Positions 13,526 to 26,500 of a stretch of 64,000 bases of DNA are shown one piece after another (position 1 is the first letter of the stretch; the number at the start of each line of letters is the position of its first letter). Source of the DNA: Octopus sinensis (taxonomy: Eukaryota). Position numbers and translations under genes: made by a program. Below the pieces are notes generated by a model. That model was not told the origin of the DNA. It was given only the letters and a program-made list of their open reading frames with translations, and did not search any database. The stretch is from assembly GCF_006345805.1 (NCBI RefSeq), contig NC_043000.1:59272001-59336000 (forward strand), in the 5' to 3' direction.

Positions 13526-14974
13526 ATTTTTAGTCAAGGAGGAACAGCAGCGCTTTTGGCGTTTATAGAGCCTCCCGAGAATGGTGGGAGAAAGATTTCC
13601 TCACACTAGAGGATTTGGCTTGAATGCTTGCAACAAAGTAGACACCGCTATTGCCACCCAAAAATCAGAAGGTGGTGTTAAACTGGGCGATAGATTAAGT
13701 CAGCTTCTCAAGTAGACCCCGGCGAGAGTAGAGCTCAGTTTTAAGGAGTCGGAACAAATACCACAAGATAGCTCAACCGAGGTTCATATCATTCCGCCAG
13801 TTCCTTGCCACAGACAATATTCTGCTGAGATAATAAAACTGATTTTTGAGGCTCCCTTCTTTTAATGCAGAATATTCATTATGAGATTTGATTTTTATCC
13901 TTAAACGTCTGCTGGAATTCTTACAGCTGTCTACATTTATCATATTTGAAAACAACATTCTTTCAAAATTATTCGTTTCACCAAACCCAGATGCAATATT
14001 TGGGGCAGCTACTGTATTATATATACGTACGTACACACACACACACATACGCTGAATTTTCAGAAAACGTAATCAACCAACTGACTTGCACATTACAAAT
14101 ACAATCTGTAAGTGAAACAGTAAACTATGGAAGACCTCTTTCAGGTTTATAATGTGACACAGTTTTCGTTATCTACATTCCAACGATGGAGCTTTGTATT
14201 TTTGTTAGGAACCTGCTCTTTCTCCAAAGGAAGAATTTAAATAATTAAAACCAGAAAAGAACGGACAGAAATATATATCTTCAGTTAAAAACAATTTGAT
14301 TTCATCTTGAAAAATCTTGTACGTTCACATCTTAGAGCAAACATTACTCAAGACTTACCTCAACTGCCAACATACACAGGGTTTCGGGCGAGTCATTAGC
14401 CTCATATAGAATTGCACACCACCCATCATGCATTTACCTTAGGCACATAAGCAAAATACATTATATGTTACCTGTGCACACACAAAAACGCACAGAAACT
14501 TTCCACACTACCACACACACACACGCACACACATACACACACGCACGCATGCATCCGCCACATATATGCATCCTGTCATCAAATTGCTTGCACACCCTCG
14601 AATAAACGCAAATATGCACACACGTGTATTCGTTCATATTCATAAATACGCTTATCAAGTTCAAACGCACAAAACACCGAAAGGCTGGCATACTCGATTC
14701 AGTTCGAGAACTCTACGCGCACACAAACGCACAAATACATGCGCATTCGCCATGGCCGGATTAAGACTCATATTCTTTCGTCATTGCTACACACTTAAAG
14801 GATTTTGTTACCCCCATATATATGTTATTGAAAATATAAACCACAATAAACCATAAAATAATTTTTTATTTTTCAAAATGTTACAAAATTAACATTAAGT
14901 TGGAAAATAATGATTATTTTTCCATACTTCCATCTTTTAATTTTTAAGTCTTTTTAATTTAATTTTTTTTACTT

Positions 14975-15385
14975 GTATCAGTCATTTGACGGCGGTCATG
15001 TTGCAGCACCGCCTTTAGTCGAAGAAATCGACCCCAGGACTTATTCATTGTAAGCCTGGTACTTATTCTATCGATCACTTTTGCCGAACCGCTTAGTTAC
15101 GGGGAAGTAAACACACCAACATTAGTTGTCAAGCGTTGGCGAGGGGTGGGGTGGGGCAAACACAGACACACACGTGCATAAACATATACATATACATCCA
15201 TACACATATATACATGCATACGTATATACGACGGCTTCTTTCAGCTTCCGTCTACCAAATCCACTCACAAGGCTTTGGTCGGCCCGAGGCTATAGTAGAA
15301 GACACACCCAAAGTGCCATGCAGTGAAACTGAACCCCGAACCAAGTGGTTGGGAAGCAAGGTTCCTACCACAAGACTACGCCTGT
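14975..15385 (-). mobile_element. tRNA-derived SINE (type A), near full length
   Basis: Tail, internal CA/TA microsatellite, core and head are all present in reverse orientation relative to 31417-31872. Confidence 0.88.
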
Positions 15386-16204
15386 GCCTATATTAGAAAA
15401 TTTTCTACTTTTTTTTAACCCTTTGATCAGACCCTCGAAATTAATCTTACATAACACATCTGCTTCCATACTTAGCAGAGATATGACATCCCGAATTACC
15501 ATTTCTATGGTGCCCCTCCCTTCTCTTTATGTCCTACGCACGCGCTTATTTTAATTTAGAGCTGGCATTCGCATGCACACACATAGGCACACACACACAT
15601 TCTTACAAACACACGAACCTATGTATATCAATCGGATTTCACACACACACACACACACACACGTAAAAAGTAAACCCACGCATATTAATGATATAGAAGT
15701 ATACTAACCATATACCAGCACACGCAAACACTCTTACAGCGCGCACACATACAAACACATGCGCACATGCACACATGCACACACACTAACACTGACTAGA
15801 AACTCTTACACATTAATTAGCCTATAACCTATACAAAACTCACATGCTTACTCATACAAATACATATTCTAACATACTGACATACGAACACAAATATATA
15901 CGCCAAAGAGTGATACATACTTCACGCTCAGTGAGTAGTCTAACTACATTTACACATATCTTTTAACAACCATCCCACAACACACATACACACATTCTTG
16001 TACATATTTATACGGACCTGTTATACCGCTCATGTTTACAAGAGTCACAACTGAAATTTGTGTGCCAGTGAATATATTTGGAGATTCATCCATGCCCACA
16101 TTCACGCAAACATTCATAACGTATGTTCTTTTAGACGTATCTCAGTAAAAAATAACTGGATAGCAAGTTTTAAAGGATATTTAAATAATAGAAAATTAAC
16201 TTAC

Positions 16205-16655
16205 TATCGTGTGTGATGAATTTATGCACATAATGCGGGCATTTTGTAGATACCCTCTGATTTGCCGGAGATCGTTGCCAGCAACTAAAACCATCCCATG
16301 TAGGTGGGCAGGAAAGAACTTCAGTTCTGGAAGAATTTTCATTTTCCTCTTGTCGGTAACAACAATCGACAGCTACCAGACAACAGGCCTGCCATCTTTT
16401 GCATTTGTCGACGTCTCCGATAGCTTCACACAGTCGTGACATAATAGTGCTATTTTCAATATCCGGGGCTTCGCTGTAGTTTCTGTTGGCCACAGACAAT
16501 TTAAAGTCAGCGGTTTGCTGGAAGACTGGCGTTGATGGGAATATGTAATAATAACACATGGAACATGTGATGAGCTTAAACACTTGGAACGGATATGTTC
16601 CACTGCGGTCTCTACAGTATTTTGGTGGCATTTGGTGAATGTCTTTTTCACACAT
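16205..16655 (-). CDS. First coding exon of a class B1 (secretin/calcitonin/PTH-receptor-like) GPCR: putative signal peptide plus hormone-receptor (HRM) domain
   Basis: Open frame contains CPPTWDGFSCWQRSPANQRVSTKCP, the C-x3-WDG-x2-CW...CP signature, plus NYS/NST/NSS sequons. A perfect GTAAGT donor follows 16205 (phase 1). A strong acceptor TTTTTTTCTTTTAG precedes 16727, so the exon probably spans 16727-16205 with ATG at 16655 (or 16631). No downstream 7TM exons were recognised in the window. Confidence 0.88.
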
Positions 16656-17598
16656 AAAGTAATTTGACTGATATAACTATAAAACTTAGAACTTTGATTA
16701 AGCCAGAACAATAAGATTTTAGCTTAACTAAAAGAAAAAAAGGTAATCATAATTGTAATTATTATTGTTGCTGTTGCTGTTGTTGATATTATTATTATTA
16801 TTGTTGTTGTTGTTGTTATTATTGAATTTTAAAGCATTAAAATTTAATCGGCAGTCCAAATAATATTTTTTTCTTGTTGTTAGTATCGAGGTAAAAATTC
16901 AGATAATTATATTCTATAAAACACTTCTTTGTGGCACCTCTTCCCTGTAAATGTTCAAATACTTGATTTGTTTTTATTAGTTTGATCTGAATTTTAAAAA
17001 ATAAACAACTTTTGCTTTTCGTTAGACTGATTGATGATTTTTCTACTGTTTACAAAATTCTTCTTTTTGACCATACGAATTTATAGGTCAATGCAATTAT
17101 TGAAATTTACGATAATTGTAATCTTCTAAGTTTTCTATGAGTAAATGTCAAAATATTGATTTATTTTTGAAAATTCAGGTGACTGGCATTTTCTCTGGCT
17201 TGCTTGATAATTGATTTTGCTTAAGCACGATCATTGTATATTGAGAGTTGAAAATGAAGTTACTATAAAATTTATATTTCGCCTGAAAATTTGTCGGTTG
17301 ACACTTGCAGTGAAAATTGTATTTCAACGTAGAGATTCAAACAGCAAGCTATTATCTTTTACGTTTGCACTTTTCATTTCACATCTGGTTGCAGTGTATC
17401 AAAGTTTCTATTCATTTTCTCTTTGAATTTAATTAATTCACAAATCCCCAATCTCCGTTAGGGAGTAGACAGCAAGATTATCTGAAATGATAAAGCAAAA
17501 CATTTGATGTGTGAAAATAAATTATTTGTAGAGGACAAATTATTTCGTTTAAACGAAGCGTATTTTGAATCATGACAAACACACTACTACTACTACTG

Positions 17599-17642
<44 letters not shown>

Positions 17643-18429
17643 TATTATTATTATTATATTATTATTATTATTATTATTATATTATTATTATTATATTATT
17701 ATTATTATTATTATTATCATTCATAGTTTAAATAGAAAAAAAAACATATATGATGAGTTTCCTTTCTTAGCAAAATATTTAGGTACGTTTTGAAAAAGTA
17801 TAAAAATATAAAAAGTTAACAAAAGCCATGTGAGAATACTTTAATAATATTTACAAATGCCAGTACTTCTATTTTCTGGAATGTATCAATATCAATCGTA
17901 ATAGTTAATCCTTTAATAGCTTTACGGAAATGGTTGTGTTTCATTCAGCTTGTACCAATTATAAATAGAATGATAGCATATATTCTTTAAGTGCCACTTT
18001 GTTTTTATTGCAACAGCTAGGTGTAATTCCTTTGCTTTTTATCCATCTTTTGAACAGCATTATAATATTTTTATGGCTCGGTCAAAGAAAGAAGTGCAGC
18101 GGCCATGACCTCGTTGCAGTGCCTTTAACATTGGTAAGAGGAAGGGAAGAAAGTTATTCACTAACCGGAGATCGACCTCGAACGCTTACGGTATACTGGA
18201 TTTTGCTAAAGGTTCCCTAGGATCATTTGAGGGTTAAACTAAACAAAGTGATGGATTAAGTCTGACGGGCTTCCATACAGTTTTCGTTTACAAAATCACT
18301 TACAATATTTGGTCAACCTGAGGCTATAGTAGAAGACATTTACGAAGGCGTCGTACAGGGAGCCTGAATCCGAAACGACGTACTTGCGAAGGAAATTTTT
18401 GATCCCACAACTATAACTTCACCCGTAGA

Positions 18430-18640
18430 TTTGATATTGGTTTCAGATTTTGGCACAAAGCAAGTTCGTGGGAGGAGTAAGTCAGTTACATCGACCCCAG
18501 TGCTCAACTGATATATATTTTATTGACTCGAAAAGATGAAAGGCAAAGTCAATCTTGGTGAAATTTGAACTCTGAAGGTGAAAACGGATGAAATGTCGCT
18601 AAGCATTTTGCCCGGCATGCTAACGATTCTGCCAGATTAG
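18430..18640 (-). mobile_element. tRNA-derived SINE (type B family)
   Basis: GATGAAAGGCAAAGTC, ATTTGAACTC and CTAACGATTCTGCCAG blocks shared with 47097-47421 and 60079-60635. Confidence 0.85.
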
Positions 18641-18859
18641 TCCTCCGTAGATTAGTCTTCCGTTATCATTTGTGCCACAGAAAATGATACCAGACCTATA
18701 TACAGATTGGTTGTGGGCTGTCTGTATACTAAAGTTCTATATCATTTTTACATTCTGATTTTCTAAGATAAGTGGAAACTCATATAGGTATCAGGGTGCT
18801 TTTTCTCGAAGGAATTGCAATTACGTGTCTAGGCAAATGTACGTTATAGTTTTCCAAGC

Positions 18860-19170
18860 AGTTTATGCTCGTAAAAGCAATTCTCATACAATGTGATGCA
18901 AACAATAAACAAAACGTCTGTACATAAAACCAGAAAACCTGTCTTCATCATCTCTTTCTTTCCACCCACCTTCAAACATATACTTTCCTCTTTCCCTTCG
19001 CCATTACTTCTTTCAAAACAACAACTTTCTTTTGCCAATATCACACTTAGTTTTCTTTTACATTACACCACTTAACGAAGGAACACCCAACCCAAAACTC
19101 TATAGGCCATAAAGACCAAAATAAGTCATAGCCTGATGATGGCAGTGAGACAAAACTTCGAAGTCAATGT
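18860..19170 (+). mobile_element. Probable PLE 3' remnant ending in a decayed hammerhead-like motif (19133-19165)
   Basis: CTGATGA-TGGCAGTGAGACA-AAAA-CTTCGAAG-TC: palindromic stem III ACTTCGAAGT and a GUC triplet, with G12 mutated. Confidence 0.5.
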
Positions 19171-19334
19171 CAACTTTTTTATCGTAGAAATTAATACAGG
19201 CTCTGTTAAAAAGTATTAAGTGATCTTTCCATTAAATGTAATTACTCTGCGCGCATAAGCGAAAGCAGGGTATTGTAATCATTCGTCTTTATTTACAATG
19301 GACGGATAGATGTCATCACCTTGTTTGCTGTTAC

Positions 19335-19377
19335 CACAGCGTTTCGGCTGATGTACTCTCCACTCTTCATCAGGTGT
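19335..19377 (-). ncRNA. Decayed minimal type I hammerhead motif (inverted PLE terminal repeat)
   Basis: ACAC-CTGATGA-AGAGTGGAGAGTACATCAGCC-GAAA-CGCT-GTG. The core is intact and stems II and III are mutated. Confidence 0.55.
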
Positions 19378-20220
19378 TCAGGTGGAATTTCGAACCCAGC
19401 CCTTTATTTGACTAATGGGGTACTCTGTTCTCATTCCTAAGATATTCTTTTTCTTGCTGATGCTACCCAGAAAACCTAATATCCACTCCAATTAGGAAGA
19501 GAAGAAAGTATGAAACCCATAAACTAACTACAGTCTCTCTACCCTAGGTCAAAGGCCTCTCAGAAAAGATACAAACAATATGCGGTCCATATGACATCAG
19601 TACAGTATTCAGAAGTAATAGAACATTGCGTAAATATCTCTTCCGAGTAAAACAACCCATAGAAGAGAATATGACCAAAAACTGAGTGTGCTCCATCCCA
19701 TGCAGTTGCGGGTGGTTATACGAAGACGAAACATGCCGCCCCTTGAAAATAAGGGTAGAGGAACATCATAAAACTGTGACACGAGGGGAAATTGAAAAAT
19801 CAGGTATAGCTGATCATGTGTGGTAAAAAAGGAGACTGCCACCCCTGTGGGATGAAGTTAAAATAATAAGCAGAGAACACCACTGGAAAATATGAAAACT
19901 AAAAGAGGCAGCACATATTATCGGACACAATAATCTCCTAAGCAGACCTAGTGTAGATATGAATGCAATATGGGAACTGGTATTAAGAAAAAAAACTGTT
20001 ATTATAAGCCCTAAAATTCACTCTGTAATTGCCTACGAGCATATAGTGGATAAGAGCGCGGGCTATTAATCCTCGGATTCCGAGTTCAATCCAAGGCAGA
20101 GACTTGGGAAATAATATCTACACAAAAATAGTATCAACAACAAAAAGAAAAGAATACCTTAGGAATGAGAACAGAGTACCCCATTAGTGAATAAAGAGTT
20201 GGGTTCGAAATTCCATCAGA

Positions 20221-20262
20221 ACACCTGATGAAGTCTGGAGAGTACCTCAGGGAAACTTGTGG
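20221..20262 (+). ncRNA. Decayed minimal type I hammerhead motif (PLE terminal repeat)
   Basis: ACAC-CTGATGA-AGTCTGGAGAGTACCTCAGG-GAAA-CTT-GTG. Comparison with 19335-19377 suggests an ancestral GGCTG/CAGCC stem II and an ACGT palindromic stem III. Confidence 0.55.
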
Positions 20263-20732
20263 TAGCAACATACACGGTGAGGTCACCTATCCGTCCATTG
20301 TAAATAATGTACATAATTCCTCATCTCAAAAATATAGAATCATATCATTCGTTTTAGTCTGTTTGTCTGTGTTTTAGCAAAATTACTGGAAAACTGCTGA
20401 ACAGATTTTCACCAAATTTGGCAGAAATACTCATTGGGTAAGTGACTCAAAATGATGAAAATTTAGTTTAATTATCTTCAAGACTGGCGGACGGGTAAAT
20501 CAAAATATTTTGACTTTGCAGATTTTTTGCAAGATAATCTATGTGCAGACAGGTGATGTTTTGGCATGTTCTCAGGACAGGAATCTATTATTAGCACATA
20601 AAAACATGTATTATGTCTATTAAATACTATTAATTTCTCACCAGATGGAGTACTTTTTTTGTTGATCTTACCATGACGGAACAGTACACAAAGTACAAAC
20701 ATACATACATACATACATACATCATACATACA

Positions 20733-20782
<50 letters not shown>

Positions 20783-20786
20783 ATAT

Positions 20787-20848
<62 letters not shown>

Positions 20849-20869
20849 AATATATTTATATAAATTATA

Positions 20870-22290
20870 AGTTAGAGGTTATGCAACCGCCTAAGGGATA
20901 AATGTGTGCGCAGGCACTACTGGTGTATTACCTCACTATGTATAGGCCTTGCTATAAGGTTAACAGTAGTTGGTAATTTAAATGGTAAAACCTTGGTTTA
21001 ATATATTCAGATAAGAAAAGAAATGGACCAACTATTAACAATTAGAAGTTGATCATTGGTATTAAATAGTTTAATTGTAGTTCAAGAACATTTACAGCTG
21101 TTTCAGTTTATTTCAAAGAAAATTTGCATTTATCTCGTTCCATTTAACAAGCATCGTCAGAATGATTTAGAGTTTATCAGAGGAACATAGATAGAAGAAA
21201 AAAGGAAATGAAAAGAAAAAGGAAAATAGGAAATGATCGTTAAGTCTTTAGGCTTACGTTTATGTACCCTATTTGGGTTCCACGTGTGTGTACGTTTCTT
21301 CAATTAGATGAATGAAGCAATAAGTGGGGAAAATAACTAGTTGACCGGCAGTGTTAGTCGAAGAAGTTATACCTGGTAGTAATATCCGGTGTTGTTAATT
21401 GTAATATATAACGCTGTTTGTGACCGCTAAATAAGTCCCCATGATTACACATAATGCCCTTGTTATATTGCCTAAGGATGCTTTTAAAAAGTTAGTGCGA
21501 TACAATGTATAAATTTGGGTTACGTAAAGGTATTATAATAAAATGAATAAATAAATAAATAATATGCTGTTATGTGCAGCGTGGGCTATCGTAATATAAT
21601 TAAAAACCAATACAGTCGGGTAGGATAAGCTAAATCGCTCGTTTAATTATGTTTATGTTAGTGGCCGCCTTAGCAATTGGTATGTTAGTCAGCGATCTAA
21701 CTTTAAAGTAAATATATTATAGAGAATTATATGTCCTAGTGAACATCGTAGAATTTAAGATAGATAATTCAGTTAATCGGGTTAATTTAATTTAATTGTG
21801 ATGTGATGTTAAATTATGCTCTGTGATAGGGAAAGAGTTAGGGGAGGTAATCAGATGTTAGGCACGTCAGCTAATAACCTGTAATATAGGTATTAGCGGT
21901 ATTTAGAGAATAAGAATTTATCTTTATGTAAACATGTTTTTTCATATCGTTTATTTAGTAATTATGATTTGGCCATTAAAATGAAGAATTTCTCATTTAT
22001 GCATAAATTACAGCGATTATTTTTAAGGTTATATGAAAATGTTTTGGCTTGGATGTACCATTCTAATCTATAATTAATGTTATTGTCTTTCAGTTCCCAG
22101 ATGTAACTACTTAATCCGGTAGAGTTAACTTTACTTCTATTTCTGAACCTTGAGCGATGGGAATTATATCTAACTTTCATTTCATTTTTAGTTGGTCCTA
22201 TGTTTGTTAAATGAAACGAAATAAATCCAAATTTACTTCGAAATAACAAACTGAAACAGCTGTAAATGTTCTTGAACTACAATTAATTTA
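20870..22290 (-). mobile_element. Penelope-like (Neptune-type) 3' remnant: GIY-YIG C-terminus, long 3' UTR and inverted piece
   Basis: ORF 21962-22249 has IGPTKNEMKVRYNSHRSRFRNRSK.NSTGLSSYIWELKD...RCNLCINEKFFIL. Segment 22200-22290 is the reverse complement of about 21065-21154. Confidence 0.85.
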
Positions 22291-22428
22291 GTCAAATGAC
22301 TAAAATGTGCAAATGACTAAAAGAATATATATGTGTATGTGTATACATGTACATAAACATGTAAATATATGCAAATATAAATGTATGTATGCACTTATAT
22401 GCGTGTGGATACACACACACACACACAC

Positions 22429-22460
<32 letters not shown>

Positions 22461-22512
22461 CACACATACACAAACACACACACACACACACATATACACA
22501 CATGTATACATA

Positions 22513-23406
22513 TGAGGGAATACCCCAAAATACCCGAAAACGTTCTTTCTAAGTCATACCCGTTATAGTTCATGCTTCCGCCGCTAGAAGCCACGTGATA
22601 CGACCATCAGGCATCAGTATGCCAACTGGTGTTGTTCAGTGAGGTCATGCTGCCACGTGATGTGTCTTTGTTTTGCAGTGCTTCTTCCCTGTTCGTCGAT
22701 TTTTACGATGGCTGAAACGAAATAACAGTGTGCTTCCGTGGAATTCTGTTTTCTACTGGGGAAAACAGTGAACGAAACAGTTGTCTTGCTCCAAACAGCT
22801 AATAAGGACGCTGCCATGAGCATAATACAAGTTTACGAGTGGTTTTCATGCTTTAGGAATGATTACTTGTCGCTTCAAGAGCAATCTCGTTCAGGGCGAC
22901 CGTCGACCTCCCGAAAGAATGAAATTGATGAACTGATCTTAGAGAACCGTCACCGAACAATTGACGAACTTGTTGATATGACTGGTGTGTCATAGAGTTC
23001 CTGCCAACGAATTTTGAGCGAAGAATTTCAAATAAAAAGAGTTACAGCAAAATGTGTGCCTCGCTTGCTCACGGAAGATGATAAGCAGTCACGACTGAAT
23101 GCGTGTCGTGGACTGAAAGAACAGTTGGAAGTTGATCCAGATCTTTTTTCGAAGGTCATCACTTGTGACGAAAACTGATGCTACGGGATTTGCAGATGTG
23201 GAAGAGGTGAAGAAAAAGACGACGGAGGAGTTAAAAGGCATCACTTCGCAAGAGTTCCAGCACCACTTTGAATGGTGGAAAACGTATTTGGACCGATGCA
23301 TTGCCTCAAATGGAGAATATTTTGAAGGCGACGAAAGTGTAAACCTGTAAAACTAAGTGAACGAAATAATATCGCACAATTCCTGTTTCTTTTGGGTACC
23401 CCCTCG
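22513..23406 (+). mobile_element. Internally deleted mariner (irritans-like) with both TIRs and TA flanks
   Basis: TIRs (T/C)GAGGG..TACCC.AAA at both ends, each flanked by TA. Transposase from ATG 22708: VYEWFSCFR..RSGRPST..KCVPRLLTED..ITCDE, then a deletion to W..CIASNGEYFEG. Confidence 0.93.
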
Positions 23407-24151
23407 TATATCTATGTATATAGGTATGTGCGCGTGTGTGTGTGTATGTATACATGTATATCCTATATTATTCAATTGCAAAAGAACATGACTAAGTAGT
23501 TAGTATCATGCTTTCACTTATTGTTTGGCATTTCCACCCTTGACCTAGTGAAAGATCCCGAGTGTGACAGGTGGAGACGCTTAGGGCTGCACCGTGCAAT
23601 GTGGATATATCATGGCCGAATATTTAAAAAGTTTGCTTTGTAGTCAAATGTCCTGGATTCGATCTCCATGTGTAGCAACTTGTGTAAGTATTTTCTGTTT
23701 TTTTTTTGTTTATATATATATATATATATATATATACTACTCGCTATAGGGACTGGTAACCTCTATAACCTGTAGTGGGGAACAGTCAACACGTTGTACT
23801 GAGGCTGACCAAAGAATTTTATTTTTAGATATATCTGGGGTACTTAAATGTACTCATGTTTTTTGCTTTGGCTTTTTCCATGGGCGCATGTAAGTATCTT
23901 ATTTATATCCTTTCGTAAGTTCTACTGAGGAGGAATAAATCTTTTATGAGATTAATTCCGAAATTGATTCAATATAGAAATAACGAATTAAAAAAAAATT
24001 CTATCGGCCAGCTTACCTGACTTCAGTTCTTCGGTTTTTTCTGTAGCGAGTAAATTATATGTGGAAATTGAGGATTTAATAGTCTGTTATCAGCATATTG
24101 GCATTGAAATAATTTTCTTTAGCCCTTACTTATAAGTTATATATATATATA

Positions 24152-24712
24152 ACACACACACACACGCATAAACACACTCACTAACACACACATACATATA
24201 TATGTATATATATACGGAGAGAGTGAGAGAGTGAGAGATGCTCTCTGTCAGTTTTGACGATGAGGATTTAGCTGTTCGAAATACTGAATTACTCGTAGAA
24301 GTGGTCGAACATTCCACAGACATATCTACCACTAACGTAACCCACAGTAGAATCAATGAGATGAGGCTTCCGCACAGTTTCCGTCTATCCAAAATCACTG
24401 GGTCGTTTAGAATCAAAAGTAAAGCAATATATATATATATATATATATATATATTGCTTTACTTTTGATTCTAAACGACCCAGTGATTTTGGATAGACGG
24501 AAACTGTGCGGAAGCCTCATCTCATTGATTCTACTGTGGGTTACGTTAGTGGTAGATATGTCTGTGGAATGTTCGACCACTTCTACGAGTAATTCAGTAT
24601 TTCGAACAGCTAAATCCTCATCGTCAAAACTGACAGAGAGCATCTCTCACTCTCTCACTCTCTCCGTATATATATACATATATATGTATGTGTGTGTTAG
24701 TGAGTGTGTTTA

Positions 24713-24729
<17 letters not shown>
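24152..24729. repeat. 578-bp perfect palindrome centred on (TA)n
   Basis: Positions pair with sum 48881. The ORF track gives identical proteins on opposite strands (24238-24468 + and 24413-24643 -). Confidence 0.97.
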
Positions 24730-24748
<19 letters not shown>

Positions 24749-25599
24749 AGTGAATGTGTGTGTGTGTTTATATATATATACACACATACACACAAGCGAA
24801 CACATACATGTATGTATATGTGCATATATATGTATGTGTGTGGGTGTGTGTGTGTACACACACATACACACACACACACATACACGGCACAATTTTTGAA
24901 CAGTGAATTTTCAACAAGATAATGAGAGAAAAAAATTTGGTTAAAAGATTTTGATTATTGGGAAGGCAGTAAAGCGGATAGAAAACGGAAATAGATACAA
25001 CGGAAGTATATAAAATGGTGATTTACGGCGGAAAGAGTGACAGATGAGGGAGATAAGAGAGAAGAGAATGGAGAGGCTGAATGAAGTGTGAGGGCGTATT
25101 ACACATGTGTTTATGTGTGTACAAAAATGTGTTTAGTTTGTGTGTGCGTTTTGGTGTGTATGGATGGATGTAGTATGCTGCTTTGTATGTGGTGAGGGTG
25201 GTAGTTGGGAGATATGTGCGTGTGTAAGTGCTTCGTTGGTGATGAGTGTGTGTGCATGTGTAAGTGTTTATGGAGATGGAGGAGTGCACACAGGGCATTT
25301 ATCAGTGTGTGTGTGTGTGTGTGTGTGTGTTGAAGTTCAGGAGAAAGCAATGTTTGCAGTTCAATATAATTCGATTATTACTTGCAATTAGGTTGCAATT
25401 AGGTAAGCTGTGCTTAGCTGAACATTTAATTGTTGTTCGCGATGCAAACGAAGAACGGAATGTAGAATGTTCTACACCACAAGATAGAGATAGGCGCGGC
25501 AAGAAGAACTGAAGTAACGACATGCCGACCGGGGTGGTCAAGTGATGTTGCGATGAAAGTCCAATAAATGTTTCCTAAAACGATTACCTAGTTGCCAAC

Positions 25600-26500
25600 C
25601 AATTCACCAATATACAAAACGTCATAGATTGGTACTTAATGCAATCTCAATGTTGTTGGAGGTACAGATGAAACGGTGGATGACAGAAAATCATGGGTTG
25701 TGCTTGCGTAGAGTGTTGATGTTTTAGGCAAGGAATAGGGGTGTTGTGAGAAAGGAAGAAGACAAATGACCAAGGCTGTGTGAAGCGTGGGATGACTAAA
25801 TTAGGAATTAGAATGTCGCGTATATTGTCGTGTCTTTGGAAAAGATTTTGGATGAGACAGAAATGCCAAAAGATGGTCTATTGAAGATTTATGGACGCAA
25901 GATGGTAGATGAGGTGGATGGATAGACAGTTAGTGGTGCGTTTGATAAAGAGCAGGAGGTGGGGCGCGGGCGCAATGACCGACAGTGGAAAATATTATTG
26001 AGTTAACTTTGCTAAAGGTATGATGGATCTTGAGGTGTGGTTGGACATCCAAATCGCAGTTGTGGTTACAGAGGAAATCGAGGATGTGTCAGAGAGAATC
26101 ACAGATTAAATGTTAGTCGGGTTGGTTGCGGTGAAGTCAGTCAGTCAGTTTGCTAAAAACGGAGTTGGAAGGGTTGAGACGGGTTGTAGAAATGGAGGCG
26201 ACAACGAAGGAAACAGATATGATGGAGATGGTAGATGTGAATTCTAGGAAGTTAATGGAAGGAAGGAAGGAAGAAGTTGAGCTATTCACGATTAAGGGAC
26301 ACAGTAGTTGATGAGACAATGATATAGCCTGAGAGACCATGAAAAAAATAAAAGAGATTTGGATTCATAAAGTGACTAGCAAGTAGATTGAGATCGTTGG
26401 ATTCTATTATGGTGCTAGAGGTGCCGTAAAAGAAGAAACAGTTTAGCGTGTATGAGATTGAGAAGTGTAGGGAAGATGAGTTCCAATACAATGCAATTGT
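25600..26500 (-). mobile_element. Highly decayed PLE reverse transcriptase region
   Basis: ORF 26137-26340 LEFTSTISIISVSF..SIST....SVFSKLTD resembles the PLE LxFT....SVSFLD..VFYKPTD segment. Confidence 0.6.

Larger units (their letters stand above)
19289..20320 (+). mobile_element. 5'-truncated Penelope-like element (GIY-YIG, tRNA-like box, terminal repeat with HHR) with an inverted partial terminal repeat at its 5' junction
   Basis: Translation SLPxVKGLSEKIQ..VFRSNRTLRKYL..SIPCSCG.LYEDETCRPLKIRVEEH. Segment 19289-19465 is the reverse complement of about 20130-20307. Same family as 12200-13525. Confidence 0.92.
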
